Shown here: piece by piece, positions 55,306-64,000 of the stretch
Position numbering within the stretch: position 1 is the first letter of the stretch
How the letters are laid out: each line of letters begins with the position of its first letter
Origin: an uncultured Acidobacteriota bacterium
GTDB taxonomy: Bacteria; Acidobacteriota; Thermoanaerobaculia; Multivoradales; SZUA-115
Reading direction: 5' to 3'
DNA length: 64,000 bases
Assembly: GCA_963805975.1 (NCBI GenBank)
Contig: CAWDVR010000001.1
Location: 256,001 to 320,000, forward strand
Program-made: the position numbers and the translations under genes
The notes under the pieces: generated by a model
Database searches by the model: none
What the model saw: the letters and a program-made list of their open reading frames with translations, nothing else
What the model was told of the DNA's origin: nothing

Positions 55306-58300
55306 CTACGGCAGCGGCTTGGGGTCGATCGGGGTGGCGATCAGGGGCGCGTTGATCTCGTAGGTCACGCCGCCGACCGGCTCCTGGTCCGGGCTCGAGG
55401 TGTCTTCCTGCACCACGCTGAACTTGTAGAGGCCGGCGACCGGCTCCGGCTCGGGCTCGATGTCACCGGACGGGACGATGATCACTCCCCGGTCCTCGAA
55501 GGCCATGCGCACCGAGTACTCCGCGAGGCCCGGGAGCGGCACGAAGATGTGCGCCGGGCTGGCGACCACCCGGAAGGTGAGGTTGTCGATCAGCTCGATG
55601 CCGGCGCCCTGATTGCCGTGCGCGGCCCAGATCTCGGCCATCTCCGGGTCGAGGGCCACCGTCACCTGGCCGCGGGATAGGAAGCCGGGAGCATCGCGCT
55701 CCTCACGGAACACCAGGTTGAGCTTGACGTCGAAGTCCTCGACGTTGCGGAAGATGAAGTCCACCACGCCGTCGTTCTGCCCTTCGCCGGCGGCCTTCTC
55801 GATGTTGCCGGGCGGGATCAGGTTGACGATGTTGAGGTTCTTCCACACGATGTTGTTGTTGTTGCGCGTGTTGGTGGTGATGTTCACGCCTTCGGCGAAG
55901 GTCATCGGGTCCTGCGTCGTGTCGAGGCGCACCACCAGGCAGTAGTGGCCGACGCCCGGCGGGTTCCAGGCGAGCTTCGCCACGACCACCTGCCCCGGCA
56001 TCACGCTCGGCAGGGTGGTGGTGCCCACGTGGGTCCACTGCGCCGGCCAGGAGAGGCCGGTCGAAGCGTTGGCGAGGTAGAACTTCACCGGCACGTTCAC
56101 GGCCTCGACCTGGCTGCGGTTGCGGACGTTGACGTGGATGTAGTTGGGCTGGCCGAACTCGGGGTTCTGGTGCGCGAGGCCGCCGTCGTCCAGGTTGCGG
56201 ATCCAGATGTCCGGCGAGGTCCACATCGCGCCCGGGTCCGGGTTGGGCTCGGTGCCGACGTCGGTCGCGAGGTCCCGGCTCCAGACGTCGGTGGGGGCCA
56301 GCGGGCAGGTGGTGAGGGTGATGTCGTCGATCCAGAAGGTGGTGAAGAGCGAGGCGTCGTTGACCGCGCGGAAGGCCAGGGTCACGGTCTGGCCGGCGAA
56401 CTGGCTCACGTCCACGTGCGCGGCATGCATCCACTGGCCCTGCTGCCAGCCGTCGTAGCGCACGTCGAGCACCGAGAGCGTGACCCCCGAGACCGCGTGC
56501 CGGATCTCGGCGATGAAGTGGTCGGCGTTCCAGTTGGGTGCCACCCGCTGGGTGGTCATGTACCAGAAGTAGGAGATCTCGGCGCGGCCGGTGCCGGCCG
56601 GGATGGTGATGTTGCGCGTCGCCTCGTGGGTGGTGGAGACGGCGCCGCCGAAGCGCAGCGACCAGGCACCGTGGCCGGCGGCCGGGGCCGCCACCCGCAC
56701 GGTACCGGGGGTGAGCGTGAAGCCGTCGTTGCCCGCCTCGAAGCCCCACGGGGCGTTGGTGACACAGAGCGGGGCGTTGTACTGGTGGGGCTTGGCGGTG
56801 AAGGTGAGGCCGTAGGCCTGGGGGGAGCCCGAAGGCACCGCGGTGCCGATCACCCGCACCGTCCACACGCCGGCCTGCGGGTTGAGCACCCGCACCTGCT
56901 CCTGATTGTCCAGGTTATTGACGCCGGTGGTCGCCGGCAGGTGGGGGCTGGCGTTGGAGAGCACCCAGGGGCGGTGGATCACAGCGGCAGGCGAGACCAG
57001 CTCGAGGTTCAGGTTGTTGACCGGGGCGAGAGCCGCGAAAGCGGCGGCGGCGAAGTCGTCCCAGGCCACCGTGGCCTTGAGCTCGCCGGTGCCCGCCGGC
57101 ACGGTGATGGTGAAGGAGTCCGTCTGGCCGGTGGCGACCGAGTCCGTGCCCCAGCGCTGGAGCGCGACACCGCCCAGGGTGTTGTTGCCGGCGCGCTCGA
57201 GGTCGATGAGGGCCTTGGTGTCCACCGCACCGTAGCCGTAGATGAAGTCCGGGCCGTCCTGCCCGAAGTCACGGGAGGAGTGCACCAGCATCGCCTTCAC
57301 CAGGCTGGCCAGCGGGCGGGCGTTGGCACCGCCGAAGCCGCGCGCGCGCCAGTCCTCGGTGAAGAGGCTCACCGCCCCGGCGACCGCCGGGGTGGCCATC
57401 GAGGTGCCGCACCAACGAACCACGCCCGCGACGTAGGCCTGGTACGCGGTGTCGTTGGTGGAGATCGAGGAGTAGATGGCGGGCTCGCCGGAGACCCGGC
57501 CGGTCTCGCAGCCGGGCGCCGAGATCACCGGCTTCAAACGCCCGTCGTCGCAGGGCCCCCAGCTCGAGAAGGACGTCATGGCGCCGCCGTCGGACTCGAG
57601 TGCGCCCACGTGGATGGGGTTCTTGGCGCAGGAGGGCTCGGCGGTGGTGCGGTAGTTTGGGCCGCAGCGCCCGCCGGCGCCGCTGCGCTCGTTGCCGTTG
57701 GCCCAGGTCATCAGCACCGGGCCGGTGACCGCGCCGTTGTTGCCGCGCACGATGCCGTCGATCAGCGCTGCGGACACGCCGTAGTCGCCCTCGCGGGCGC
57801 AGGGGTACATGTTGGCGGCGGTGTTGCTGCCGATCGAGTTGGTGCCGAGGTCGGCGTTGTGGGTGTTGCGGGCCAGCGCGTAGTCCGCCTGGATGTCGCC
57901 GGCGTTGTCCCAGAACAGCATGGTACCCAGGGTCTGCTGATAGCCGGCGGTGAGAATGCTCACATCGATCGCGACGCCGCGGCCCCTGCCGCCGGCGCTC
58001 GTCGGGGCACCGTCGCCGCCGAGGGTGCCGGCCACGTGGGTCGGGTGGTCGGCGATCGCGGTGGCGTCGAGGCTGGTCACCCGGGCAGGGCCGGCGCCGA
58101 CCCGGAAGGTCTCGTGGGTGGGCCTCACCCGGCCGCCGTCGAAGACGAAGGCGCGCACGCCGGTGCCGTCGAGGCTGTAGGGCGCGATCAGCACCGGGTC
58201 GACCCGCATCTGCGCGCGCACGCCGTCGTTGGTCGGGGTGAGCGGTGGCGGTCCCTCTTCCACCCACAGCACCTCTTCCTTGGCGGCGAGCTTGCGGAGG

Positions 58301-58896
58301 TTGCCCTCCTCGACCCACATCGTGGCGCCGTGGAGGCCCTCCAGCGGGTCCATCACCACGCCGTTCACCTCGAGCGCCAGCGAGTAGAGGCGGCCGAGGT
58401 CGACGTCATGGTGGAGCTGCACGGCGGTCATCACCCACTCGGGCCGCGAGGCGTCGCGGGCCCAGGGTGCGATGTCTCCGCTCTTGAGGTAGGGATGGAG
58501 CTTGCGGTCCGCGCTCCAGTGCGCGGCATAGCGCACGTCCGCGCGGCCGGTGACCTGGGCCAACCGGCCGACCGGCACGGCGGCGATCCAGGAGCTCTGG
58601 GGCACCCAGGCTCCGAGGTCCAGGCCGTCGCGCCACAGCTCGTTCTTCTCTTCTTCCGTGGGAACGCGGTCGAGCTGCACCAGGAGGTGGATCTTGTCCT
58701 GCCCCTGGGCCGTGACCTCGGCCGCCGCCCGGTCGAGGGCCTGGCGGTCCGCGGAGGAAACGCCGGCGCGCGGCGTGAAGGTGCCTTCCAGCAAATGGAT
58801 CGTGTAGCTCCGGTCCTCGGCCGCCGCGGCAAGTGCCGCCTGCGGCAGGGCGAGACCGATGCCCATCAAGACCAACCAAGACAAGGCTCTTCTCAT
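55306..58896 (-). CDS. Secreted S8 serine peptidase (propeptide, catalytic, PPC, beta-sandwich, C-terminal PDIWIRN-type module)
   Basis: Signal peptide; FVFDGG (D), DHPTHVAGT (H), WANGNER (N), GTSMATP (S); AGGAGG RBS. Confidence 0.9.
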   Translation of the reverse strand: MRRALSWLVLMGIGLALPQAALAAAAEDRSYTIHLLEGTFTPRAGVSSADRQALDRAAAEVTAQGQDKIHLLVQLDRVPTEEEKNELWRDGLDLGAWVPQSSWIAAVPVGRLAQVTGRADVRYAAHWSADRKLHPYLKSGDIAPWARDASRPEWVMTAVQLHHDVDLGRLYSLALEVNGVVMDPLEGLHGATMWVEEGNLRKLAAKEEVLWVEEGPPPLTPTNDGVRAQMRVDPVLIAPYSLDGTGVRAFVFDGGRVRPTHETFRVGAGPARVTSLDATAIADHPTHVAGTLGGDGAPTSAGGRGRGVAIDVSILTAGYQQTLGTMLFWDNAGDIQADYALARNTHNADLGTNSIGSNTAANMYPCAREGDYGVSAALIDGIVRGNNGAVTGPVLMTWANGNERSGAGGRCGPNYRTTAEPSCAKNPIHVGALESDGGAMTSFSSWGPCDDGRLKPVISAPGCETGRVSGEPAIYSSISTNDTAYQAYVAGVVRWCGTSMATPAVAGAVSLFTEDWRARGFGGANARPLASLVKAMLVHSSRDFGQDGPDFIYGYGAVDTKALIDLERAGNNTLGGVALQRWGTDSVATGQTDSFTITVPAGTGELKATVAWDDFAAAAFAALAPVNNLNLELVSPAAVIHRPWVLSNASPHLPATTGVNNLDNQEQVRVLNPQAGVWTVRVIGTAVPSGSPQAYGLTFTAKPHQYNAPLCVTNAPWGFEAGNDGFTLTPGTVRVAAPAAGHGAWSLRFGGAVSTTHEATRNITIPAGTGRAEISYFWYMTTQRVAPNWNADHFIAEIRHAVSGVTLSVLDVRYDGWQQGQWMHAAHVDVSQFAGQTVTLAFRAVNDASLFTTFWIDDITLTTCPLAPTDVWSRDLATDVGTEPNPDPGAMWTSPDIWIRNLDDGGLAHQNPEFGQPNYIHVNVRNRSQVEAVNVPVKFYLANASTGLSWPAQWTHVGTTTLPSVMPGQVVVAKLAWNPPGVGHYCLVVRLDTTQDPMTFAEGVNITTNTRNNNNIVWKNLNIVNLIPPGNIEKAAGEGQNDGVVDFIFRNVEDFDVKLNLVFREERDAPGFLSRGQVTVALDPEMAEIWAAHGNQGAGIELIDNLTFRVVASPAHIFVPLPGLAEYSVRMAFEDRGVIIVPSGDIEPEPEPVAGLYKFSVVQEDTSSPDQEPVGGVTYEINAPLIATPIDPKPLP

Positions 58897-59099
58897 CGCA
58901 AACCTCCTTAGGTTGTGGGATCCACGCTGAAGCGGCTGGCGTACCGACCGCTCGCTCAGGTTTACTTACTATTTAGATCTTTGGTAATGCTCATGAGTCA
59001 ACCAGTAAGGTGAGGAAGAGGCTGCAAAGAGAGACAAGGGCTGTCTCCCCGGCGGGTTGCGACGCTGTTACAGGAGGGCCGGCTTAGCTCTCTTCCTGC

Positions 59100-59175
59100 C
59101 GTCATCCCCGCGAAAGCGGGGGGATCCAGGGTGGCGACGAGACCCAGATGGATCCCCGCTTTCGCGGGGATGACG
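59100..59175. repeat. REP-like palindromic element
   Basis: CGTCATCCCCGCGAAAGCGGGG...CCCCGCTTTCGCGGGGATGACG inverted pair, each arm itself a hairpin. Confidence 0.8.
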
Positions 59176-59211
59176 AGCCAAGAGGCTTCAGTGAACGGTA
59201 TGGGGCCTGGC

Positions 59212-60594
59212 TCAGGGCGTGGAGCGGAGGCCGAGGCTCGCCGGCTCGCTCTGCGGTCCGGATGGCTCCTGCGCCAGGCTCAACCGCCCCGGTTCGGCTG
59301 CGGTGACCAGCGAGAGTGCCCCGGCCTCCGCGTCGGCGAGAGAGAGCTGGCCATGCTCGGCGCCGGTCAAGCGGGACTGGATCTCCGCGATGGCCTGCCG
59401 GGCCGCGCGGGAGAGCTCGCGGGACCCGCGCTCCTCGAGCTGGCGGAGCGCGGGCACGGCCGCGATGGTGCCGACCCTGCCGAGGGCCTGCGTGGCGGTG
59501 AGGGCCACGCCCTCGCCCTGGCTCGCGAGCGCGGCCACCATCAGGTGCTCGGAGTCCGCGCGGCCGAGACGGCCGAGGGCCTCGAGACAGGCCTTGGCGA
59601 GCTCGCTTCGCCCCGCTTCGAGGGACCGGTGCAAGGTCGCCTCCGCCACGTCGAAGGGGAGGCCCGCCCCGAGCACCCTCACCGCCCGGGCCGCGTGCCC
59701 GTCCGGGGCCGCTGCGTCCGTGACCAGCGCGAGCAAGGTCTTCTGCCCCGCCTTGCCGCGCGCGATCGCGACCTCGAGCCGCACCTCGGTGCTGGGATCG
59801 TCGCGCAGGGCAAGGAGCGTTTTCTCGGTCGCCGGATGCTCGCGAAAGTCCCGGAGCAGGTAGCGCAGGCTCCGCAAGCGCACGCCTTCCTCTGGTTCAC
59901 TGCGGCGGCCGGTGGTGCCCAGGTTGCCGGCGAGGCGGCCGGCCACGTCCTCCGGCTCGACCAGGCGGAGAGCGAGGTCGAGGACCGGCCCGAACAGGTC
60001 GGTCATGAGGTCGGCGAGCTCGTCCGCCCCGATCTCCTTCGAGTGATGAATCGTCACCTTCAGCACCCCGGCCGCGAGCGAGGCTTCCACCTCGCGGTAC
60101 CCTCCTCGCCGGTCCCGGAGCGTTCCTCGCAGCAGGCTTCCAAGCTGCGAGCGCGTCTCCGAGTCCAGCACCGCCTGCACCAGCAGGGAGTCCCCGAGGA
60201 TCGCGAAGGCGTCATCGAACGCCGGCGCGCCGAGCTCGATCTCGAGGCCTCCCAGGAGCTTTGCCCAGCCCGTTTCGCGGCGGACGGTGAGGCCGTGAAG
60301 ACCGTGCCCCAGGCCTGTCACAGTGATCCTGGTCGTGATGACCCCGGGGGCCTTCGGCGCCCCTGGGGGAGGGCTCTCGAGGAAAACCTCCAGGCTGCCG
60401 CAGCGGGCTCGGAGCTGGAGGGTGCCGGACGGCGGCGGCGTCTCGAAGTGGACCTCCAACCCCACCCGCCCCGCCGCCGCGTGCCAGCCTCTCCAGAGCC
60501 GGGCCTCGAGCTCCGGAACCGTGCGATGAGCCCGGTACGCGAGGAACGCCGCGGCGGCGCCACCGACGAGCAGAAACAGAGACAGTGGCTCCAC
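59212..60594 (-). CDS. Membrane-anchored HEAT-repeat protein (paralog 2)
   Basis: N-terminal TM; IELGAPAFDDAF; HEAT repeats (VRLRSL, VRLEVAI, ALGRVGTIAAVPAL); C-terminal GQLSLA/GALSL/GRLSLA. Confidence 0.8.
   Translation of the reverse strand: MEPLSLFLLVGGAAAAFLAYRAHRTVPELEARLWRGWHAAAGRVGLEVHFETPPPSGTLQLRARCGSLEVFLESPPPGAPKAPGVITTRITVTGLGHGLHGLTVRRETGWAKLLGGLEIELGAPAFDDAFAILGDSLLVQAVLDSETRSQLGSLLRGTLRDRRGGYREVEASLAAGVLKVTIHHSKEIGADELADLMTDLFGPVLDLALRLVEPEDVAGRLAGNLGTTGRRSEPEEGVRLRSLRYLLRDFREHPATEKTLLALRDDPSTEVRLEVAIARGKAGQKTLLALVTDAAAPDGHAARAVRVLGAGLPFDVAEATLHRSLEAGRSELAKACLEALGRLGRADSEHLMVAALASQGEGVALTATQALGRVGTIAAVPALRQLEERGSRELSRAARQAIAEIQSRLTGAEHGQLSLADAEAGALSLVTAAEPGRLSLAQEPSGPQSEPASLGLRSTP
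59272..59464. repeat. Near-identical ~190-bp segment shared with 60660-60852
   Basis: Both encode AAVPALRQLEERGSRELSR.AR.AIAEIQSRLTGAEHGQLSLADAEAGALSL...AEPGRLSLA with few nucleotide differences. Confidence 0.85.
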
Positions 60595-60596
60595 GA

Positions 60597-62009
60597 TCAG
60601 CTCCTCCCGAGCGGCCGGCCGCCCGGCTCCTGGTGCTCGATCGCAGCCGGCTCCTCCTCCGCCAGGCTCAACCGCCCCGGTTCGGCTTCGGTGGCCAGCG
60701 AGAGTGCCCCGGCCTCCGCGTCGGCGAGAGAGAGCTGGCCGTGCTCGGCGCCGGTGAGGCGGGACTGGATCTCCGCGATGGCCAGTCGGGCCGAGCGGGA
60801 GAGCTCGCGGGACCCGCGCTCCTCGAGCTGGCGCAGCGCCGGCACGGCCGCGGCCGTGCCCATCGGGCCGAGGGTGCGGGCCGCGGCCAGAGACACCGCG
60901 GAATCCTTATGGGAGAGCGTCTCGACGAGCAGGCTCTCGACCTCGGCATCACCCCGTCGGCCGAGGCGACCGTGGCGGTCGAGCGTTTCGAGACATGCAC
61001 GCGCCACCACATCCCGCCCCCGGCCCAGGGCCTGGCGCAGCGCCGCCGCCGCTTCCTCGACCGACAGCCCGGCGCCCAGCTCCTCGACCGCGCGGGCCGC
61101 GCAGTCCTCCGAGATCGCGGCGTCCGCCACCAGCTTCCTCAGCGTCGCGCGGCCCTCCTTGCCGAGGCCGATCCCCCCTTCGAGCCGCATCCGGTCGCTC
61201 GCATCCTCGCAGGCGGCGACGAGAGCATCGCGGGCGGCCGGGTGCTGGTGCGGCGGAAACTCGCGCCGCAGCACCTGCAGGGTTCGCAGGCGCACGCCGG
61301 CCTCGGGCTCGTCGTGCAGGTTGCCGGCGAGCCGCCCCGCGAGATCCTGGGGCAAGGCCAGGCGGCGGGCCAGGCGGAGCGCCGCCTGCAGCGCCTCGAA
61401 GACCTGCTTCGACAGCGAGTGCTGCATCTTCCTTGGGTCATGGCTCACCCGCACCTCGAGCCGGTCGGCCGCGAGCGTCGCGCTCACCTCGATCGGTTTC
61501 CTGCCTTCGACGAAGACGAACCCGCGCAGCAGGTCCGCCAGCGCCCACCGGGTCTCGTGGTCGAGCACCGCTAGCGCGAGCGCCTCCTGCCCTTCGACGC
61601 GAAACTCCCGGTCGAAGCCGGGGTCGCCCAGCTCGATGGCGCCGGCCGCCAGCAACCATGCCAAGCCGCTGTCGGGCTCCTCGCGCCGCGCCGTCAGCCC
61701 CTCCCGGCCATGGCCGAGGCCGCTCACCTCGATCCGGGTGGCCACTTTCCCGTCCAGCCGTACCTTCTCCAGCCGGACACCGAACTGGCCCGAGCGGGCC
61801 GTGAGCCACGGTAAAGCGGCCAGGGTCCGCGCTTCCTCCACCATGGTGAGGTTTGTGCGTTTCGCCGCCGCCCGCCAGGCCACCCGCAGATTCGGCTCGA
61901 GCGCCAGGCGGAGCTGGAGGCGCGAGGCCCCCACGCCGAGGAAAGCCACGGCGGCAAGGGCGGCGATCCCGGCCCCGACCGTGGTGAGCAGCAGCGAGAC
62001 CGGCTCCAC
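60597..62009 (-). CDS. Membrane-anchored HEAT-repeat protein (paralog 1)
   Basis: Same architecture as 59212-60594; IELGDPGFDREF; GTG start after GGGAGGGG. Confidence 0.8.
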   Translation of the reverse strand: MEPVSLLLTTVGAGIAALAAVAFLGVGASRLQLRLALEPNLRVAWRAAAKRTNLTMVEEARTLAALPWLTARSGQFGVRLEKVRLDGKVATRIEVSGLGHGREGLTARREEPDSGLAWLLAAGAIELGDPGFDREFRVEGQEALALAVLDHETRWALADLLRGFVFVEGRKPIEVSATLAADRLEVRVSHDPRKMQHSLSKQVFEALQAALRLARRLALPQDLAGRLAGNLHDEPEAGVRLRTLQVLRREFPPHQHPAARDALVAACEDASDRMRLEGGIGLGKEGRATLRKLVADAAISEDCAARAVEELGAGLSVEEAAAALRQALGRGRDVVARACLETLDRHGRLGRRGDAEVESLLVETLSHKDSAVSLAAARTLGPMGTAAAVPALRQLEERGSRELSRSARLAIAEIQSRLTGAEHGQLSLADAEAGALSLATEAEPGRLSLAEEEPAAIEHQEPGGRPLGRS

Positions 62010-62019
62010 GATCCCTCCC

Positions 62020-63684
62020 CTACAGCAGCCGCACCACCGGCTCTTCGTCCATCAGCTCCCGGCCGGTGAGCAGGTCCTTGACCGTGGCCACCAGCCAGCG
62101 CTCGGCGTTGACCCCGAAGGCGATCTCGAGGCGGGGGCGGCGGTCTTCGGGGTCGTGGGGCGGGTCGAGGGTGCCGAGCGTCGGGCTGGCGGCATTGAGC
62201 GGCACCACCAGGCGCTCCTCGCCCGAGGCGCCGCCAATCTTGTGCAGCTCTCCGGCAGCGTCGTAGACGAAGCGCCGTTCCCCCAGCTTGCCGCTCTGCA
62301 CCTCGGCGACCACCAGGCGGAAGATCGTCTCCGGCTCGCCCAGCGAGCAGGTGGGCACGAGCTGCCGCTTCCACAGGTCGGGAGCGGTGGGGAACCGGGT
62401 GCCGCGGGGCACGATCACGGTGTGCTGCGCCGCGCCGGTTTCCGGGTGGTGAGTGACGAAGGCGTAGTCGTGGACGATGAAGTCCACCGCCCCCAGCCGC
62501 TCGGCGGCGAAGCAGGCGCCCCCCAGGGCCACCGCCTCGAAGGGCTGCCAGGTGCGCAGGCGCTGCCGCCCGAAGCGCTGCTCGAGGCGCGAGAACACGC
62601 CCGGCAGCAGCGTCGAGCCGCCCACCACCAGCACGTCCTCCACCTCCGCCACGGGCAACCGGCTGTCCTCGAAGCAGCGGTCGAGGCAGGCTTCGAGACC
62701 GCGGTAGAAGCCGCTCGCTTCCAGCACCTGGATGAGGTCGGCGCGGCCCATCGCCTGCACCGAGGCGCCGGCGGAGGCTTCGAGCAGGCCGGGAGGCGCG
62801 ATGCGGAAGAGAGCGGTGTCGTCGAAGTGCAGCGCTTCTTTCACCCGACAGGCCTCGGCCAGCATCAGCCGCAGCCAGAAGCGGGAAAGCTCGTCGCCGC
62901 CGCCCTCGAGCGGCGGGTAGCCGGAGCGGCGGCAGAGCTCCTCGAGCACCCAGCCGTCGACGGCGTTGCCGCCCAGGGGCAGGCTGTGCTTGGCGAGCAC
63001 CCGCGCCTCTCCGCCCAGGGTCGCGCGCGGCAGGAGCTCCACCAACACGGCGTGCATGGTGCCGCCGCCGATGTCCACCACCAGCACCGTGCGCGCCTCG
63101 GAGAGGCTCAAGCCATAGCCCAGGGCCGCGGCCAGCGGCTCGTCGAGGAAACGGACCCGGGCGACGCCCAACCCCTGGAGCAGACGCTGCACCTCGGCGC
63201 GGTAGACCTCGAAGGCCGCCACCGGCGAGGTGACCACGAGGTCCCGCACCCGCGTGCCGGTGGCGCGCTTGACGGCGGCCAGGAGCTCGCGCAGGAAGGC
63301 ACCGGCCACTTCGCGGGCGCTCACCTTGCGCCGCCCCAGGCGGGCGATGGGGCGCGAAGCCTCGTGGGCGAGCGCGGTCTTGAAGGTGGGCACGAAGCCG
63401 GGGTGGGCAGTTTCGTGGTTCTGCTCCAGGGCCGGCCGGCCGATCAGCGCCCGGCGGCCGAGGAAGACCCGCCGGGCGAGCGGCGGCCAGCTCCCCAGGC
63501 GGTCGAGGAGGCTCGCGGAGGAGAGCAGATGGACCGCCGAGGGCACCATGCGTGGGGCCTCCAGCGGGTCGTCCTCCCCTACCTCCCGGCAGACCTCCGG
63601 CAGCTCGACCAGCCGGGGCTGCCCGGCCGCCTCGTCGAAGCGCGCCATCCCCGAATTGGTCGTACCGAGATCAAGCGCCCACAT
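62020..63684 (-). CDS. Atypical Hsp70-family protein
   Basis: ALDLGTTNS, LDEPLAAALGYG, VVDIGGGT, LGGNAVD, VVGGSTLLP, EAVALGGA; short divergent C-terminal domain. Confidence 0.85.
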   Translation of the reverse strand: MWALDLGTTNSGMARFDEAAGQPRLVELPEVCREVGEDDPLEAPRMVPSAVHLLSSASLLDRLGSWPPLARRVFLGRRALIGRPALEQNHETAHPGFVPTFKTALAHEASRPIARLGRRKVSAREVAGAFLRELLAAVKRATGTRVRDLVVTSPVAAFEVYRAEVQRLLQGLGVARVRFLDEPLAAALGYGLSLSEARTVLVVDIGGGTMHAVLVELLPRATLGGEARVLAKHSLPLGGNAVDGWVLEELCRRSGYPPLEGGGDELSRFWLRLMLAEACRVKEALHFDDTALFRIAPPGLLEASAGASVQAMGRADLIQVLEASGFYRGLEACLDRCFEDSRLPVAEVEDVLVVGGSTLLPGVFSRLEQRFGRQRLRTWQPFEAVALGGACFAAERLGAVDFIVHDYAFVTHHPETGAAQHTVIVPRGTRFPTAPDLWKRQLVPTCSLGEPETIFRLVVAEVQSGKLGERRFVYDAAGELHKIGGASGEERLVVPLNAASPTLGTLDPPHDPEDRRPRLEIAFGVNAERWLVATVKDLLTGRELMDEEPVVRLL

Positions 63685-63702
63685 CGAGTGGTCCGGAAGC
63701 CC

Positions 63703-64000
63703 TTACGGCGTCGTCTTGAAGCTGAAGCTCACCGGCTCGCCGAGCTCGTTGCCGCCCAGGTCCTCGAAGGCGTCGGCGGCGAGGGTGACGTGCAGGGTGT
63801 CGCCCCGCGGCAGGTCGCCGTCCGGGGACCAGACCAGCCACCAGTTCTCGGGGTCGTAGATCACGCTGCCCGGCACCAGGCCGGCTCCCTCGGCGAGCAC
63901 GGTGACGGCGCCGGCCTCGACCTCGGCAGGGTCGAGCGGCTCGGAAGAGGCGAACACCACCCGCACCGTGCGCGCCGCCACCAGCGCGTCGTCCTCGGGG
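63703..64000 (-). CDS. C-terminus of a protein with an Ig-like (Big_5-like) domain; 5' end outside the window
   Basis: V.F..SEPLDP..V....V.V...G...V.GSV.YD......WSP...L......VTL....EDLGGN.L.....FSFKT pattern. Confidence 0.72.
   Translation of the reverse strand, partial: PEDDALVAARTVRVVFASSEPLDPAEVEAGAVTVLAEGAGLVPGSVIYDPENWWLVWSPDGDLPRGDTLHVTLAADAFEDLGGNELGEPVSFSFKTTP

Overview
Very GC-rich bacterial chromosome segment. The gene content suggests a diderm such as Acidobacteriota (Thermoanaerobaculia-like); this taxonomy is inference. From left to right: (1) a general-stress island (DUF748, DUF6496, BON lipoprotein, CsbD, lmo0937-like peptide, hybrid histidine kinase, LPxTA-tagged exported protein, AI-2E transporter) carrying six sigma54-like -24/-12 promoters; (2) a YafK-like L,D-transpeptidase and a HEAT-methyltransferase fusion; (3) a complete putrescine/GABA uptake and catabolism cluster (patA, gabT, gabD, patD, ydcSTUV-like ABC, plus a TorF-like porin) interrupted by a vapBC pair; (4) an FHA - small TM peptide - PP2C - atypical Ser/Thr kinase - RodA/PBP fusion - FHA operon resembling the actinobacterial fhaA-fhaB-pstP-rodA-pbpA-pkn locus, the best candidate here for an uncharacterised system; (5) a DUF433/DUF5615 TA pair, a class D beta-lactamase and a glycosylation cluster with a repeat-flanked cysteine-synthase insertion; (6) three S8 peptidases (one broken by two internal deletions), an ECF43-type sigma/Ser-Thr kinase pair, rocB, a diguanylate cyclase and an orphan nucleotidyltransferase; (7) an Ig-like protein - atypical Hsp70 - tandem HEAT membrane protein operon. 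No rRNA, tRNA, CRISPR array or transposase was recognised. All calls come from motif recognition by eye; no database searches were run.
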